Position numbers and translations under genes: made by a program. From Phallusia mammillata (taxonomy: Eukaryota): 64,000 nucleotides of DNA. Position 1 is the stretch's first letter. Each line of letters starts with the position of its first letter. The notes under the pieces were generated by a model that was given only the letters and a program-made list of their open reading frames with translations, had not been told where the DNA came from and did not search any database. Positions 35,101 through 49,031 of the stretch are shown piece after piece. The stretch lies in NCBI GenBank assembly GCA_965637545.1, contig OZ281494.1, forward strand, positions 14,632,001 through 14,696,000, written 5' to 3'.

Positions 35101-38100
35101 GGTTGTAATTTATCATGCACAACTGACAGGCGATTCTGTTTGACCTTTTATTGCGTAAAACCTAAAAGTGATAACCCAAATGTTTTGTTTCGCTTGGTTA
35201 CAGGTTGTGTTGTAAAACTAAAGGTTGGTCCGTCTTTATCGTGACCCAGAAGGTGCCGCGATTCGCTCCGGCCTTATGTGATTCAAACGTGTCTCGGTTT
35301 GTACAAACACGAATCTTGAGCCTGCACTTGAGTTGTTGTTTATCACACTCTCACTCTTCCTCCCATCTCCTCCTCCGCTCCCTGCGCTCCTATGTCCTCC
35401 CGCAAAGGGCGATGCACGACAAGCCGAAAATAGTAGAGTTATTCGCTTTACGGGGGCGAACACGCTTGCATTAAAAGTCAACTCGTGCGTGAGAGGCGAA
35501 CGTTTTGGCGTTAAGATAGCGGCAGTTTCGTCATTCCAACCCACCGAAGTTCCTCTCCAGACACTTGGCACTTAAGGAGAAAGTCTCCGTAGCGATTCGT
35601 GTCAAGGTAGATGCAGACCCATCCCATTTACATGACGCAACCCGCCATCCTGTTTAAGTTACAATGCGACGGAAATCGGCAGCCAACGGTCTCGCTACAC
35701 ATGACACGAGAGGTGGACGAGGGGAAAACGCAGCTAAGGCGAAAACGAGATTTCCGAAAACGCGACCGCCGCAACTTGCCTCTGGCGAACAAGTTGAACT
35801 ACAGCTATGGTCTCGGCAGTGTCATGGGGTTTTACGTCGAAAAAAGTGCAATTATGCAACACGTGCCGCCACCGCATCACATGCCAATTCGCCATAGAAG
35901 GCGGCGCGGCGCCGTAATGTTTAGGTGTGGGAGAATCGCATCTTTGCGCAACTTAACTCCGAGGCATTTCATCTTTTTGATGACGAGATGAGTGGAAAAA
36001 TAGATGCGTAACTTCCCGTAAAGACTGACTTATTATAACAACAATGCAAATCACAGCCCCAGGCTTCGGCGACCGCGTTTTTCGACAGGAGTTGGAACTT
36101 GGGTGTGCTTATATCATTTCGCCACTATTTTTGGCATAATTTTCTCGGCAACGTGATAATGTATTGTCACGGGTGATGTAAAAAGTGACAGCGCAAAACC
36201 TTGTCATGTACGGGTTACCGCGAAATACGTCAAACACGCAACTAAATAATGAAGCTGCGTTAACTGGAAACCGTTCTAGTCATATGTTTTTGTCGTTGTT
36301 TCTGTTTTTGGTTCTTTCTGTATGTTGCGTGATTTTTACGGCGTTTTGGTCTTCATTTTGCAAAAAAATATCTGCATGACGAAGCTATACGGCGGGAGGT
36401 TTGCATTATCTGGTGTACCACACTATTGTTTTTTCATTTTTGTTACGGGGGTAATTCCTATCAAATTTAATAGCTAAAAAACTACAGTATAAATATGCGT
36501 TTAATAGGCACTACTGGCGACGGTTTGAGCATATTGTTCCCCGACTAACAGACAAACAATAAAAAATCGGCTAAAAAGCAGTTTAGCCCTTTGTGCAGTC
36601 GATGCGAAACAAAACACACTGCCGGCTTTCCACTGCTGTCGCAAGCCCACTGTAGACCGCCGTCATGTAGAGCAAACACGATAATCCAAACGAACGCCAT
36701 CTGGCACACGTTGCAATTCAACAAAGGCACGGGAAATCGAAGGCGAATTTGCAATAGGCTGCGCATACAGGCAGTTGTGTGATCAATCTATAATGGCTTC
36801 GTTCGCTGCGGTTTTAAATTAAACGTGGAAATGTGAAATCCCTCTATTTCCATAAGACCGAGCTGTATCCGATGGTGCACAAACATACGCTCTGCCACAA
36901 GTCAACATACATAGGCAAAGGGTCAATAGAGACTGGCACGTAACATGCGGTACCTTAGATTGAACTGTTCCCGACAGGCAAGTGATACATGCGAAAGCTT
37001 TTTATCGCATGCCCAACGGTATTTACTTTAATGTTTGCCCTGCGCACTCTGTTCTATGCTGCCCCGCCCTGATCAACATAGGAGTCAACAGACAACTCAT
37101 AAGCGGCCCTGTCAGATTTCGAAGGAATATGTAAAGTTGTCGCGTCAATGCAAGAGTGACAGTGGGTCGCTTTCCCTATTAGAATATAGCCCAGATGGAA
37201 AACGTCGTCATCACGCAGGCTGTTATCTCCGGTAGCATGTCGACACACATACAGAACATGAAAGCACTGAGCTTACGACGGCATCAAATGGCGACGTCGC
37301 CGAGTAAAGGTTGACACAGATCCCCAAGTAACGACATGCATCGACCTCAAAGCGGCATGAAACGCAAACAGAAACCTGGTTGCCATGGTACCGCCAAAGC
37401 AGTATACGGGCCAACGCAAAACAAATTCTGCAACAGATTAGAAACCGCGCTCTGCAGAGCGATAAATAATTAGCGGCTGTCAAGAGAAATTACTGGAAGG
37501 TAAACGCTCGGCCTGGATAAATCGATATTGGCTGCTGCGCGCGCGTTGCCCAGATACGAGGGCAAGTGGGTTACTTGCACATTGGAAAAGTAAACTGTCG
37601 TGAGTCCTGTGGGTCGCAGCCGGGACGCATCGCGTTGGCACCAGAAAGAATGTCGATTCATCAAACAAAGCACTCTGCCTGGCCGAGATATTGCAGATTG
37701 CGCGGACGTGCGGCAAAAAAGAAAATCCTGCCGCCGTTGGATCAAAGTTGTAGCACCGATGCACGTTGAAAGCACATTAGGGGGCGCGCGCTCACACGTA
37801 CAACACTTAACGGTTTTTGAGCGGGCCGCGCCTGGTGAGGGTTTATTGAGCCCGGGTGTGCATGTTGAGTGGACGCAGCAGGACGACATCGGCAGACAGG
37901 CGAGCTGCGATCAGCGAGTACTCGACAGTCAATTCTGCTTTGCTGCGAATCGACGACGAATCGAATTAAAAAGAAAAGGGAACAGGCAGGCGGAAAGCGC
38001 CGTGCGTTTTGCTGGCTTACGCGTCGAGCACTTATACAGCACTTGCATTCTTGCCCGTCCACTTGAGAGCGACGAAGGGGGGGAACCGCCGCGCGCCCAG

Positions 38101-38483
38101 TGCGCTGTTTTTTGAAAAGGGCCTCCTCGCGCATATGAATCACAAGCGAAGTGATTTTGTTGGGCCGCCAGCTCTCTGCACCGAAAGAGCTCGCTAAGAC
38201 TCTGCGCTGTATTTTTAATGCCATCGAAAAGTCCGCATGAGTCTCGTGGGAAAAGTACCTAATAGTTCTTTAAAGCGTCGTCATCGACAGAAAACTGCAG
38301 GCACGTACACCACCAAGCACATCGATTCACATTTACCGCGCACAATGTACAAAGTTTATGCCTTACCTTCATTTGAGTTACTGCTAGTTTCGTCATCCGT
38401 CGTAGCTTCAAGTTTGACTGCTATAGATTTGCGGCTTCCTGGATTTTTTTCTTTCACGGCTTCATGGTTACTGCTGTTATTGC

Positions 38484-38517
<34 letters not shown>

Positions 38518-40560
38518 ATTGTTGTTGTTTCTGCTTATACTTGTATCCTGGCCTGCCAAGTAGGGTTCATCAATTCCGTTTTTAGCAGGCGATGTCACTG
38601 GAGCTTGTTCTAAACAGAGGTTTTTGTTTAACTGTTATTTGTGAGTCATGATATCATTCAGCATGTGCTCCATAAGCACGTTTTTTTGTAATTTTTGGAA
38701 GTTCTTTGATTACCAAAATACAATTACTTTTGAGTCAAAAGCTTAAGATAGTCTGTACACAAAAAAATAAAATCAACATCACAACATGCGATCGGGAAAA
38801 ATGTGATCGTCACAGGTCAGGGAAAATCCAATGCACTTTAAATAGACCGAAATGAGCGTCTTGGCGGTTTAGGGGCAGCGGTATTCCTTCGCTTCTATTT
38901 TCTCCCAAATATATGCAAACACTTTCACCTGTCTGTCGGCGCAACCTCAGACCTGACGCAAACAGTTACCGAACGGAAGATTACCTGTTTCCCGCCCAGA
39001 TGGGGATCTCACACTTTCTGCTTCGTCTGCTTTGACCGGTTCCTCTGAATCGCGGGAGGTCTTTCGAACATTGGCTGGTAGCTCACTAGTCCATTCGTTG
39101 CGAGGCGAGGCGTGTGGGGACGATGACGGGGACATGGATGAGGCAGGAGACTGATGAGTACTTGGGGCTGACTGGCCGTTCACAAAACGAGAAAGGAGGG
39201 TTTGTGTACCTAAAAAAAACTTGATGATGGGTACGCATAATACTCTTTGCAGTTTAACTCATATTTTATTGTCCATGGATTAATTGATTGTTTGTTTTTT
39301 CAAGTAGACTAAAAAGCCTTCGCAAAAAATGACATCATCGTCTTGCCTAAAAAAGTTATTTTTAAATCAGTAAAAACTTTTGAAAACAGATGTAAATGTC
39401 ACGGTATGACTGCTTTTGACGTTTAAAAAACACGTGCACGGAGAAAAAACCCATGATTAATACAATCCAAGGTATCTGTTTCACCTGCCACGGTGTCGAC
39501 CCACTGTTGAAGACCGACGTCATAGGGACTCATTGAAGAAATCGGGATAAGCATGGGTGGCTGACCCATAGCGGGACTACGAGTGCTTTGCAATAAATTC
39601 TGGACAGCTTCGGGCAGCCCGTTCGCTCTACGAAAAACGAGAATACGAGATTGACAACGGATTCGGAGATATTTACACGAAAACAAATAACGGAATGCGC
39701 GCTCACCTGGAATTTCCAAGGCCGTGTTCGCCATGGGCCTGTCCGTTCGTTAACAGGGGTCGGGTGCCGCCGACCAGCGGCAAATTGGGCAGCCTAGACT
39801 GCGACAGTGACCAGGGAAGGTTGGAACGCATGAATTCTGAACACGCACTTGCCACCTACGCATAAACACACACGGTTGTAAATTCCTACAATGTCAAGGA
39901 TTACAGCGCAATTTTCCCGTCAGTGCTTACATTAAACATTTGCATGTAGCTGGCGGCTGAGAGCACGTCAATAACATCTGTGGCGTTTACGTGTAGGTCG
40001 GACGAATAAGCGTATTCCAGCAGCGGAGTAAACCCTCGCAATGTGACGTATTGAAGTTCGATGGTCATGTGATCACCGTCGGGTCCCTTGGACACCGATA
40101 CAGTCGAGGAAGTCTTGCCTCCACAAATTGCAGCTAAAAAATAGTCGCTGCATGCCGCCATGACGGCCTTATGTGCCTACAAAACACAGTCGATATATTG
40201 AGCACTTTAAAATAACCAATATAATAAACGTTTATTTATTCTTACGAAAACAGTGCAGTAGGTTTTACAGTCCGGACTTTGATCAGTAAATCGTTGTGTT
40301 TTTTAAAACTCACTTGTCATAAACTTAATTATTCTCCGTCATAAATTTAAAAAATAGTTATTAGTATTTAAATTTATAGTGTTTATTCAAAATTTCAAAA
40401 TTGCATTTTGCCACCTTACCTTAAATTTTTGACCTTGGACGAGAATTGTAAGGTCACATAGAAAACCTTCTCTTCTCAGTTTTCCAAGGCGCAGCAGTGA
40501 GTCACGTGCGTGAGAGGGGTCCCGGTGACTCAAACCCTGAGCCAATCCAGCCATTTTCAT
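26121..40560 (-). CDS. ZBTB44: BTB/POZ + 3x C2H2 zinc-finger transcription factor, ZBTB44 orthologue (~771 aa). Exons: 40560-40420, 40176-39931, 39855-39707, 39627-39485, 39209-38985, 38609-38367, 30134-29925, 29727-29543, 29469-29372, 29068-28954, 28080-27975, 27466-27161, 26269-26121
   Basis: All junctions are GT-AG and phase-consistent (2316 nt). BTB: [28 protein letters not shown]...[10 protein letters not shown]...[22 protein letters not shown]. Fingers: [75 protein letters not shown]. Both closely match vertebrate ZBTB44 as I recall it. Confidence 0.9.
38485..38529 (-). repeat. Coding (AAC)n microsatellite, poly-Asn tract of ~15 residues in ZBTB44
   Basis: (GTT)11-ATT-(GTT)3 on the + strand, within exon 38609-38367. 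Confidence 0.92.
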
Positions 40561-43524
40561 CTTTATATCAATGCACAGTGTTTCTTTTCTCTTTTCGTCT
40601 TTTGCGATCTGATACTCAGTATGAATGTGTTATTCTTCTCTTCGTGCTGTCAACAGCGCAGCATCTACCAACAGATTTACCTTGGCACACTTACACTCTG
40701 CTGACGAGAAAACACATAAAGGACATTTAAAAGTCAAACGGCATTCGTTTTATTACATGTTCGCGTAGCAAACGTTGCATTGCGCTATTTGCACAGCGAC
40801 TCTAAGATACGTTGGGTAAACAACATGGGATAGATACAAACCGACGGTTGTTACCCACAATGCAACTTGGGCATGCCTCAACAACACTTCCACCGACTCT
40901 GTGTAAACACGAACAGAACGAAGCCTTTGAATGCAAGCACTCATACCGCTGTGAAAGCACTTTGTTACGAGTGCAGAATCAACATGCACGCGTCCGACTG
41001 TGGTCGTAAGGCGTGTCTTTTGGCCTGCCCCGCTCACGTAATGCAGTGTTGATACAAGACTTCGTAAGAAGATGGCGGCGATCGAAAGAACGTATATATT
41101 CCGACCTCAAGCCGAGTTGTCAATCATTAAATAACCTTTTTATGGAAAACCTGAGTGGTCAACGAACGCCGGTGCATGCATTCGTCGTTTAGACCGTCAT
41201 TAAATTCTTTAAGTATATCGCGTTAAGAAGTCGTAACAATTTTTACGACTGGTGTTTAGTTATTTGCATCAACCCAGGCACTGCATCTCTTCTTCCGACA
41301 AACTTATCTAGACCCTTCTACAAATACAGCTGCAAATCATCCGCACATAAAAACACTCAATTTGGTCGTTTGACCGCAACCAGTGCGTTCGTCCTTTCCA
41401 CCTGCTGCGCGACTAAAGCTCCCTAATGCAATGCACCAGCGGCGACCTAAACGAAAAGTAGCCAAAGAGCAAGGGAAAACCGCGCACTGCAGATAAAGTT
41501 GGCGCCGACCGACGTTCCCCAAGGAGCACAACAGTCGACAAGAGACAGGCGTCATGGCGTCTGATAATGCACCGCGTGTTGCTGTGCATACAAGTGACTC
41601 AAATAAAAAACAACTGCTGCGGTCGACAGGATTTTCCGAAAAATCAACGCCGTTGATCGGTATTACAGCGCGCCACCAATTTTCCTCTTTTCGTCGACAG
41701 GTTATCGCTGACACAATTGCGGTTCGTCAAATTAAAGCTGTAAGCGTGATCGTTTATACTGCAGAGTGGAAACTGCTAATTTGACTGACGATTCGCCCGA
41801 GGTCAGAGCAGGAAGTCCATACGCTTAAACTGGTCGCACGCCGAATCCTAAGCGAGGTTAATTTCATGCGAAAAAGGCGCATCCTCTTCCCGGTAACATG
41901 CAACTGTCCACCGTTATTTATGTTTTCTTTTCATGTTTGACACTGCTTACAGTCAACAATAAATACCCGGCGCATCCTTCAGTTCTTGGTAGTAACGCTG
42001 TCAAGAATCTTCTCTAATATTCCAAGCTGACAAATCCAAGCGCTAATAGGCCACGGCCTCTTAAGCACGATTTGTTTTGAACAGGAACAAGCATCGGTAT
42101 CAGCTGTGCGTTCGCATTATGACGTCATTTCATGTATTGCCCGAAGACATGTTGAGGCGAATAAGAAATGCCGGCAGCCCACGACGGGAAAATCGAGACA
42201 TTCGGGCCTGTATCGGCGGTGGGTAAAACGAGAACAAAGACTTCGCGTTTTGAGCGCTGTCTTGCTGCCTAATCAGGTTTGTAGGTTTTTATACAGCCTG
42301 AAGCATTGTCAGAAATGTCATCGAGTTGTAAAAATTGTGGTTTGATATCTCGCGTGCAATCCTGCGCAAGTCTGTCTGTCTCTCAGTCACCGCTTAGATT
42401 ATACACATCCTTTCGGAGCAGGTTTGGCATATGTCAACATCAGACAAAAGACAATAAAACTCCTTGGCAGAAGCGCAGGCGGTTGCCCTGGCATCCTGCA
42501 CACCACGAACAAACATCCAATTCCGCTTAAACACGCGATCTATCCGGAGCCACTTGCCTACAAATATCGTTAATTTTATCACTTCCTCTTTCGCGACATT
42601 TTTGCCTGCAAGAACGGCGATCGCTGTTATGACTCGCTCCGTTGCTGTTTCCTGCATACGGTTTCCTACCGCCGTCGAATTACGATATCTCCCCATGCCC
42701 AAATGAGGAAGCGCTGTCTGACATCGAAAATGGCCGTGATATCACATCCTTTTTTTGTTTGATTTCGCCACGCATGCACTCGGCGCCTTGGCGAAGTGGC
42801 GGCGCCACTAATGCAAATCGTAACAGGCAAGTAACGATTTCCGACGACATGGGCTTTACGACGCGGGCAAATAGATGTAAAAGTCTCAAATATTAGCCCA
42901 GGCAACCGTTCTATTTGCTAAATACACCTGCCACAGTTGCGTAGGTCATGCATGTCGCGAAAATTAATTTTTCGTGAAAAACATGCTTGACAAAGTATTT
43001 TTCATCAATTAGTTCCAAGGGCAAATCACACTTGAAAATACAACCCAGAAGAGTGTTCTGCACTTTCTTTAAAAAAACTTCGTTAAAAAGTACGATAAAT
43101 AAATAAAATGACAACCTTTCATTAGTTAACCTTAAAACTAAACGCTCCAAGAATACAAAATTAAAACACACTTTAAATGACCATTTTCTGAACACTTTTG
43201 CCAATGACTGCTAAAAAGCGACAAACCGAAAACAACCTTTGTTCATAACTTACAGCGCCAGCCTACGAACTCACTACTACACTGCGTCACAGGAGACCCC
43301 GACAACTGATACACATCAATACACCTGGACAAAGTACGCTTACGTCACTGCGGAAAATAGGCTTAGCGAAAAAAGTGCAGTGAGCGACTGCGGTCGGATT
43401 TTTATCCGAGGCTATTTAGCGCTACCTTGTGAATACAAAAATACACTAACTTGCATCGAAAGAGAAATTTTTATGAGTTATTTTTCACGTAGGTACTTTG
43501 GTAATAGCATAGATTACTTATGAT

Positions 43525-44223
43525 TAGGGCAAATATTTTTTGACTTGTCAAAAAAAGTCAAAATTTTGTCAAAATTTTTAGAATAGGTCAAAAATTGTCA
43601 AAATTGTTTACAAAGTTAAAATTGTTTACAAACTGCATTGTCGTCGTATTGTAGAGGTTGCACTGCCAGCAAACTATTCGTTTTACACCTTGTAGCCTAC
43701 TTTATACTGTTGTAATTGGCCCATTGCCCCAATTATTGCGAATCATAAACCATCAAGTGAGTGAAACAATTAGGTTGATATGGCGTGATGCTCAACACAC
43801 CTCAAAACGTGCAAAATTTTGTTAAGTCCCAAGTCATTTTACGGTAGCTGCAGCTCTTGCTTCGGTTTTGCTTTAGATACTTCATGTATCTGTCATTCAT
43901 ACGAATGTATTGAATAATTTTCGCTGTGTCTTAGCTGCAGTTTTTTGGCAGTGATTTTTAATTAGCTCATTCCCTTTTCAGAATAGGTTAGGTCTATGTT
44001 AAGATTTTTGCCCTTCTGTTAGACTTTTGCACATTCTTTCGCTCTAGTTTGATTAGCCTAGCCATATTTTAACTTTTTGGACGATAATGCGTAATTTAAC
44101 TACTTGAATTCTTCATAGGTCAAAATTTTGTCAAAAAAAAGTTTTTTAAGGTCAAAATTTGTCAAAATTTTCAATTTGTAGGTCAAAATTTTTCGTTTTT
44201 TAGGTCAAAAAATAATTGCCCTA
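43525..44223. mobile_element. Non-autonomous hAT element with TAGGG termini (699 bp)
   Basis: TIR TAGGGCAA(A/T)TATTTTTTGAC; perfect 8-bp TSD CTTATGAT at 43517-43524 and 44224-44231; many subterminal GTCAAAA motifs. Confidence 0.93.
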
Positions 44224-44949
44224 CTTATGATAGATTGCCAGCGATTGTCTTCGTCACGTTGAGTAACACTTTACGGGGTGGGCTATTTTTGTACGTATAT
44301 GTAACACGCAGACATCGTAGGAAAAGAGTAAACAGTGATCAATATGTCAGGTATTTGGCAAGATTTACCACTGGAAGTAAGTAACGACCTTCTTAAGGTT
44401 GACTTTGAACCAGACGACGATGAGTCTGAAATGTTTTGTACAGTCAAAATTCCGCCAAACAATTCTGTAAGTCTGTGAGAAATTTTGGCAAAAATGGTCA
44501 ACATTGAACTAACTCACGGATATAAAGTCTTGGGAGAGTGGAATAAAAAATTTGAAAAAAATAACAACCCCAACGTTCTCTAATCTCTACACGGAGTTTG
44601 CGCGATGTTGCGGAACGCACTAAGCTTTTTTAAAACTGATTTGCCCAACAGTCATGCGGGCAAACTTCTTTCAGATATAAAAGTTATTTGTTTATGTTAA
44701 TAAAACATCTGGTAGATTGCGCACAGACTTAAAAAGTCTGCCAACAGTGTTCAAATATAATTTGAAAATAAAATACAAAAAATCATGTTTGATGTGTTTA
44801 TTTATTTTGAACATTTTGGCATTGGTTCTTCACACAAATGTGTCCAGGCATTGACTGAACCATGTGTTGTATTGCCTCCCTTAATTTTTTTAATAACTTT
44901 TCTTTGGTTGATGTGTTGAACAATGTAGCCAAATTGATTGACATGTGGA

Positions 44950-46700
44950 TTTGTCATTGTTCTACACATCTCTCTCTATAAATAAAGGTCTTAAAATATA
45001 TATGCTGCTGGAAATGTATTTTTTAACACATACGGAGTTTCCAAAAAATGCTTCCAAGCAATCCTGCGTAAAACTTCCCAAGCAAACGTATGAATTAGAA
45101 TTAAGTAAAGTCTTCGTCATTTCAAAGAAGTTTAGAGTCGTAAATAAGTCCTTTCAAAGTAGGAAGAGCCAATATCCTCTTAAATTCACCTCTATGGTTT
45201 GTATCGACACAATCCTAAAAAGCAACAACTTTTGTAGATGTAAAACTTTTGTAAATAGTGCAATACCTGTAGCTTCTAATAGTTGATGCAGATGGGAGGA
45301 AAACCATTTTGCTTGTATGAACATGATCATATGCAGCAGGGGACCTAAGTTCAATTGCCCATCAAATAAAGTCTGTATAATAACCATTTGCACATACATG
45401 GTAGAACATCTCTGTTGAGCAGCTGGTTTTAATGCACCATTTCAAGCCACTCATTTAACTCCTAAAATGACACAGCAACCTTAATATATGTGCAAATTAA
45501 TGATACAAAACACACTCACAGGTTCTGTTTGTTCATATGACTTCAGCTCTTCCCCTTCGAGATTATATACATTGGCTTCTTGTTCACATTGAAATTGTGT
45601 GCATGCATCACATTGATTTGTTACCACTGTTTAAATATGTATGGAAAATAATTACAAAAAATGCCATAGTTTTGCACAATGATACAAATTTATTATACCT
45701 GAAACTTTACAATTGGGGGATCGAACAATGGTGGTTTCCACAATTTTGTCACAATTCCAATAAATTAGCAGATGCAGTTTTGTGTTGAAACTAGTTTGTG
45801 CAACTCCAATGAAAGATTTAGATTCTCTAATTTGCCTAAAACAATGTAACATTGAAATTGTATTACTTTCTGTATTAAAACAATAGGACCAACATTTTAC
45901 ATACCCAAAGTAGTGCACAATGATTCATGCATACTATGAACATCCAGTCTTTTAACATCAACTTTCCAACCTGACATTGAAACTTCTGTAATATTTGCTG
46001 ACTTTCTAAATTTTGTACTGAAATATAAAGCACATGAATATATTTACACCGCTGAGAGAATCATTTCATTGCAATGTGTAAAAACCTTATAGCTGGAACT
46101 AAGTTGCCATTTTTGAGATCTGCAGTCAGCTGCTCCCCACTCCTATAAAATACACTTGTCTGCAAATCAGTAAAATGTGTCATGCATATTTTACTGAACA
46201 TTGATAAAAAGAAACAAGTATACCATGAAAAGCACCAGATAATTTTGCAGCTGTCTTTTAAGTCCTGCCAACACTTACAACCTCTTTTCAGGTAACTTAT
46301 TTTTGACTGTTGCTTTTCTTTTGTTTGCTGGTTTGTACAAACTGCTTGTTTTTGGAAGGTTTTTGCATGGCAAAGCTCACAGTGTCAAACTTTTTCTGCT
46401 AATGGGAAAATGTACATTATGCAAGCTGCGAGCAAGCACAGTCATACATAACAAAACAACTATAACTAATAAAATAAAATGGGTGATATTCAATCAATCA
46501 AATGCATTTTAAGATATGCTTAACAACAAAACTAAGTCTGATTACCTTTCTTTGTGCAACATATTGACAATTGTGTCACCGGATAATGCATCACGCATGG
46601 ACAACAAAAAACGTTTAAGTTGCTCTCAAAGTGCCCTTTCTTTCGCAGTTTTCGCTAATTCTGGTCTTCTGATGGCAAAAAGCGTTTTCCTTTCTATTTT
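44950..46700 (-). pseudogene. Highly decayed P-superfamily/THAP9-like transposase relic (boundaries approximate)
   Basis: The - strand at 45033-45090 reads YVCLGSFTQDCLEAFFG, like the P-transposase (S/T)QDxLExFFG motif, preceded by TLKGLI...LL. The rest is full of stops; ends not identified. Confidence 0.5.
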
Positions 46701-48483
46701 TCGAAGAGACTGATTGCATTTTGGTACAGCGGGGTGACATTTCATTCAAGAAACTGCAATGCGACAAACGAGCGATTCAGCACAACGTAAAGGCTTATTC
46801 AACCATGACCGACGTGACGTAACAATTGGTTGGCGTTCTATGTTTAGTATTCTATGGTAATAGTTTAGAATTTTACCTGCGTCAGATTGTTCACCCGCCA
46901 TCCTCTGCGTTGTTTACTGTTTGCGAATCAAAATATACCAACTATGATTGTACAAATAGTTGGTAAAACACTACAACATCACGCAATGCCCGATAATAAC
47001 CATTTGCCCGAACGTCGCGTTGTGAAACAAAATTTGTGCAGTAAAATAATAAAAAAATAACTTTTGTTTTACGATATTGAGTCTTTCCCTGTGATGTAAC
47101 ATATTGCTTCCTTGTGAAACCGTTTCTGTTGATTACAATTTCTCAGAGCAAGACTATTGCACTCCAAAAGTGTACAGTGCAATGCTTACATAAGTAAAAA
47201 ATACTTTGGGATTTTGGTTTGAAGCAGGCTCAGCAGTAGGCGATTTCATGTTGCCAGATCACGTTTATTTAAAAATGCACTTGCAAATAAAACTTTAATA
47301 CCTTTGTTTGCAAAGTGTAGAGGCCTACTTCTAGCTAACAAATTTTGCCTGAACAATCGGTGCGATTCTAATCTATTGAGAAATCGGTATGAACATAGGA
47401 AAACAGAATATGGTGGTTTTGTTAATTTATACCCACTATCGTTTACAGCCGTATTGGAAATGCATATTTCGCAAGTGTCCAGACAGGTTAATGCAGTGCG
47501 AAATGCATTTATTCTCCAAAAAATGCAAATGCAACATAAAACATAACGTTGAAGAATAACTTGTTTAGTTACTGGTTAGCACAACCACCTTGTGCACATA
47601 CGTCGTAGGTTCTTATCCCATATTAGCCTTATCCCATAATAAGAATAAAATTAGGCTATCATATTTTAGATTTTTTTCTATTTTAGACTTCTAGAAAGAG
47701 CAACAGTTTTTTCAAACTTTTACATAACATTTATTAGTCTTAATTTTAGTTACGCAAAACAAAATGGTAGCGACAGTTCATTTAATTAAGAAAACAATGC
47801 AGTGCCCGTTTTGCCTTGCCTCCCCCTACTTTCGTTATAGTTCTAGAGGTGGGTAGTAAACCGTTTGTAGCAGATTTACAGCAAGACTACATTGGATGCC
47901 CCTTTATCTGCGCATTTTTTCCCTAACTTTGTACTTTGTTGTTTAATGCTGGCAGCAAGTGAAAACAACATTGTTATGTAACAATGAGGCTTCTTGCTAA
48001 ATAACAACAATTGTTTTTTTATAGCAAAGACCGTAATGGCATGATATCATTTACAATTCCAAAATAAAACTGTGCTGTGAAATCTGTTTGAAAAGTGATT
48101 TTTGGCCCAAGCATCTTCGTACCCCTAAGGGTACCCCCAGTTGGGAACCCCTGCATTAAAGCGTTGTTCCACAGACCATGGATAAAATTTGAACAAAAAA
48201 CACTATTTGAACTTTCGATTTTGGCAATCAAGGTCATTAAATTGACTGCAATGGTAAACAAACCTTGGTATAAACCAGTGATCTTCAACCTTTGCGAAAT
48301 CGCCCCTTTTCGTGGCTCTGGAATTAAATCGCCCCAAACAGATTATTGAAAGTTCTTGTCTCGTGAGTAGATGTGGGCCACTAAATTTCATCAGCAACAC
48401 AAAAGCTTCAGGTGAGAGTTACAATCCAATTGAATTACTGCAGCAACATGCACTCATGCAGGATTAAGTTTATCTATCTAGTT

Positions 48484-49031
48484 CAGGGGTTTTCAACTTT
48501 TTGGCCAAAGGGCCACATGCGGTTTACAAATAAATGGGCGGGCCACTTGAGTGTTTACTGCTAATTTGTAATCTTAAAATGGCTGTCCACGTGTCCACTT
48601 TTCTTAGGATATTCTGTTAGCGTTACTTGCTTTTCGTTTCTTATTTGGCATAATCTATATCACCGCAGAGTGCTGAAGATATTTCACTACTAAATGCGTT
48701 TTGCACGAGTCTCTGATATGATAACAGATGAACCTCAATAAGGCAAGACATATTTCTGACTGACTGACTCTTGAAGCAAGAGTAAGATTGTGGACGTAAC
48801 AATGCAGAAAATGTGATGCGTAACAACATGCATTGTGATGTAATAAAAGTAACGTGAACAGTCGTGTATTACTCCATTAACAAAGAAATAATGCAAACAA
48901 TAAATGCCAATCCTCGCCATGTAAGATCGCCATAAGTTGGGCAGGCGTTAAGGTTCATAATATAGGTAATTTCGAAAAATACCGCCCGGGCCACTCGAAC
49001 CTTCCTGCGGGCCACGGGTTGAACACCCTTG
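48484..49031. mobile_element. hAT (Charlie-like) MITE (548 bp)
   Basis: TIRs CAGGGGTTTTCAAC / GTTGAACACCCTTG; perfect 8-bp TSD ATCTAGTT (48476-48483, 49032-49039). Confidence 0.9.

Noticed and set aside
30135-43400. Known conserved miRNAs and long ORFs (e.g. 37600-38115, 37742-38224) in the GC-rich ZBTB44 region
   Set aside because: No match by eye to the conserved mature miRNAs I recall. ORFs of this length are expected by chance in GC-rich DNA and lack domains. Novel hairpins cannot be excluded without folding.
47570-47720. Second tRNA-derived SINE head
   Set aside because: Only a degenerate B-box-like GGTTCTTATCC; too weak to call.
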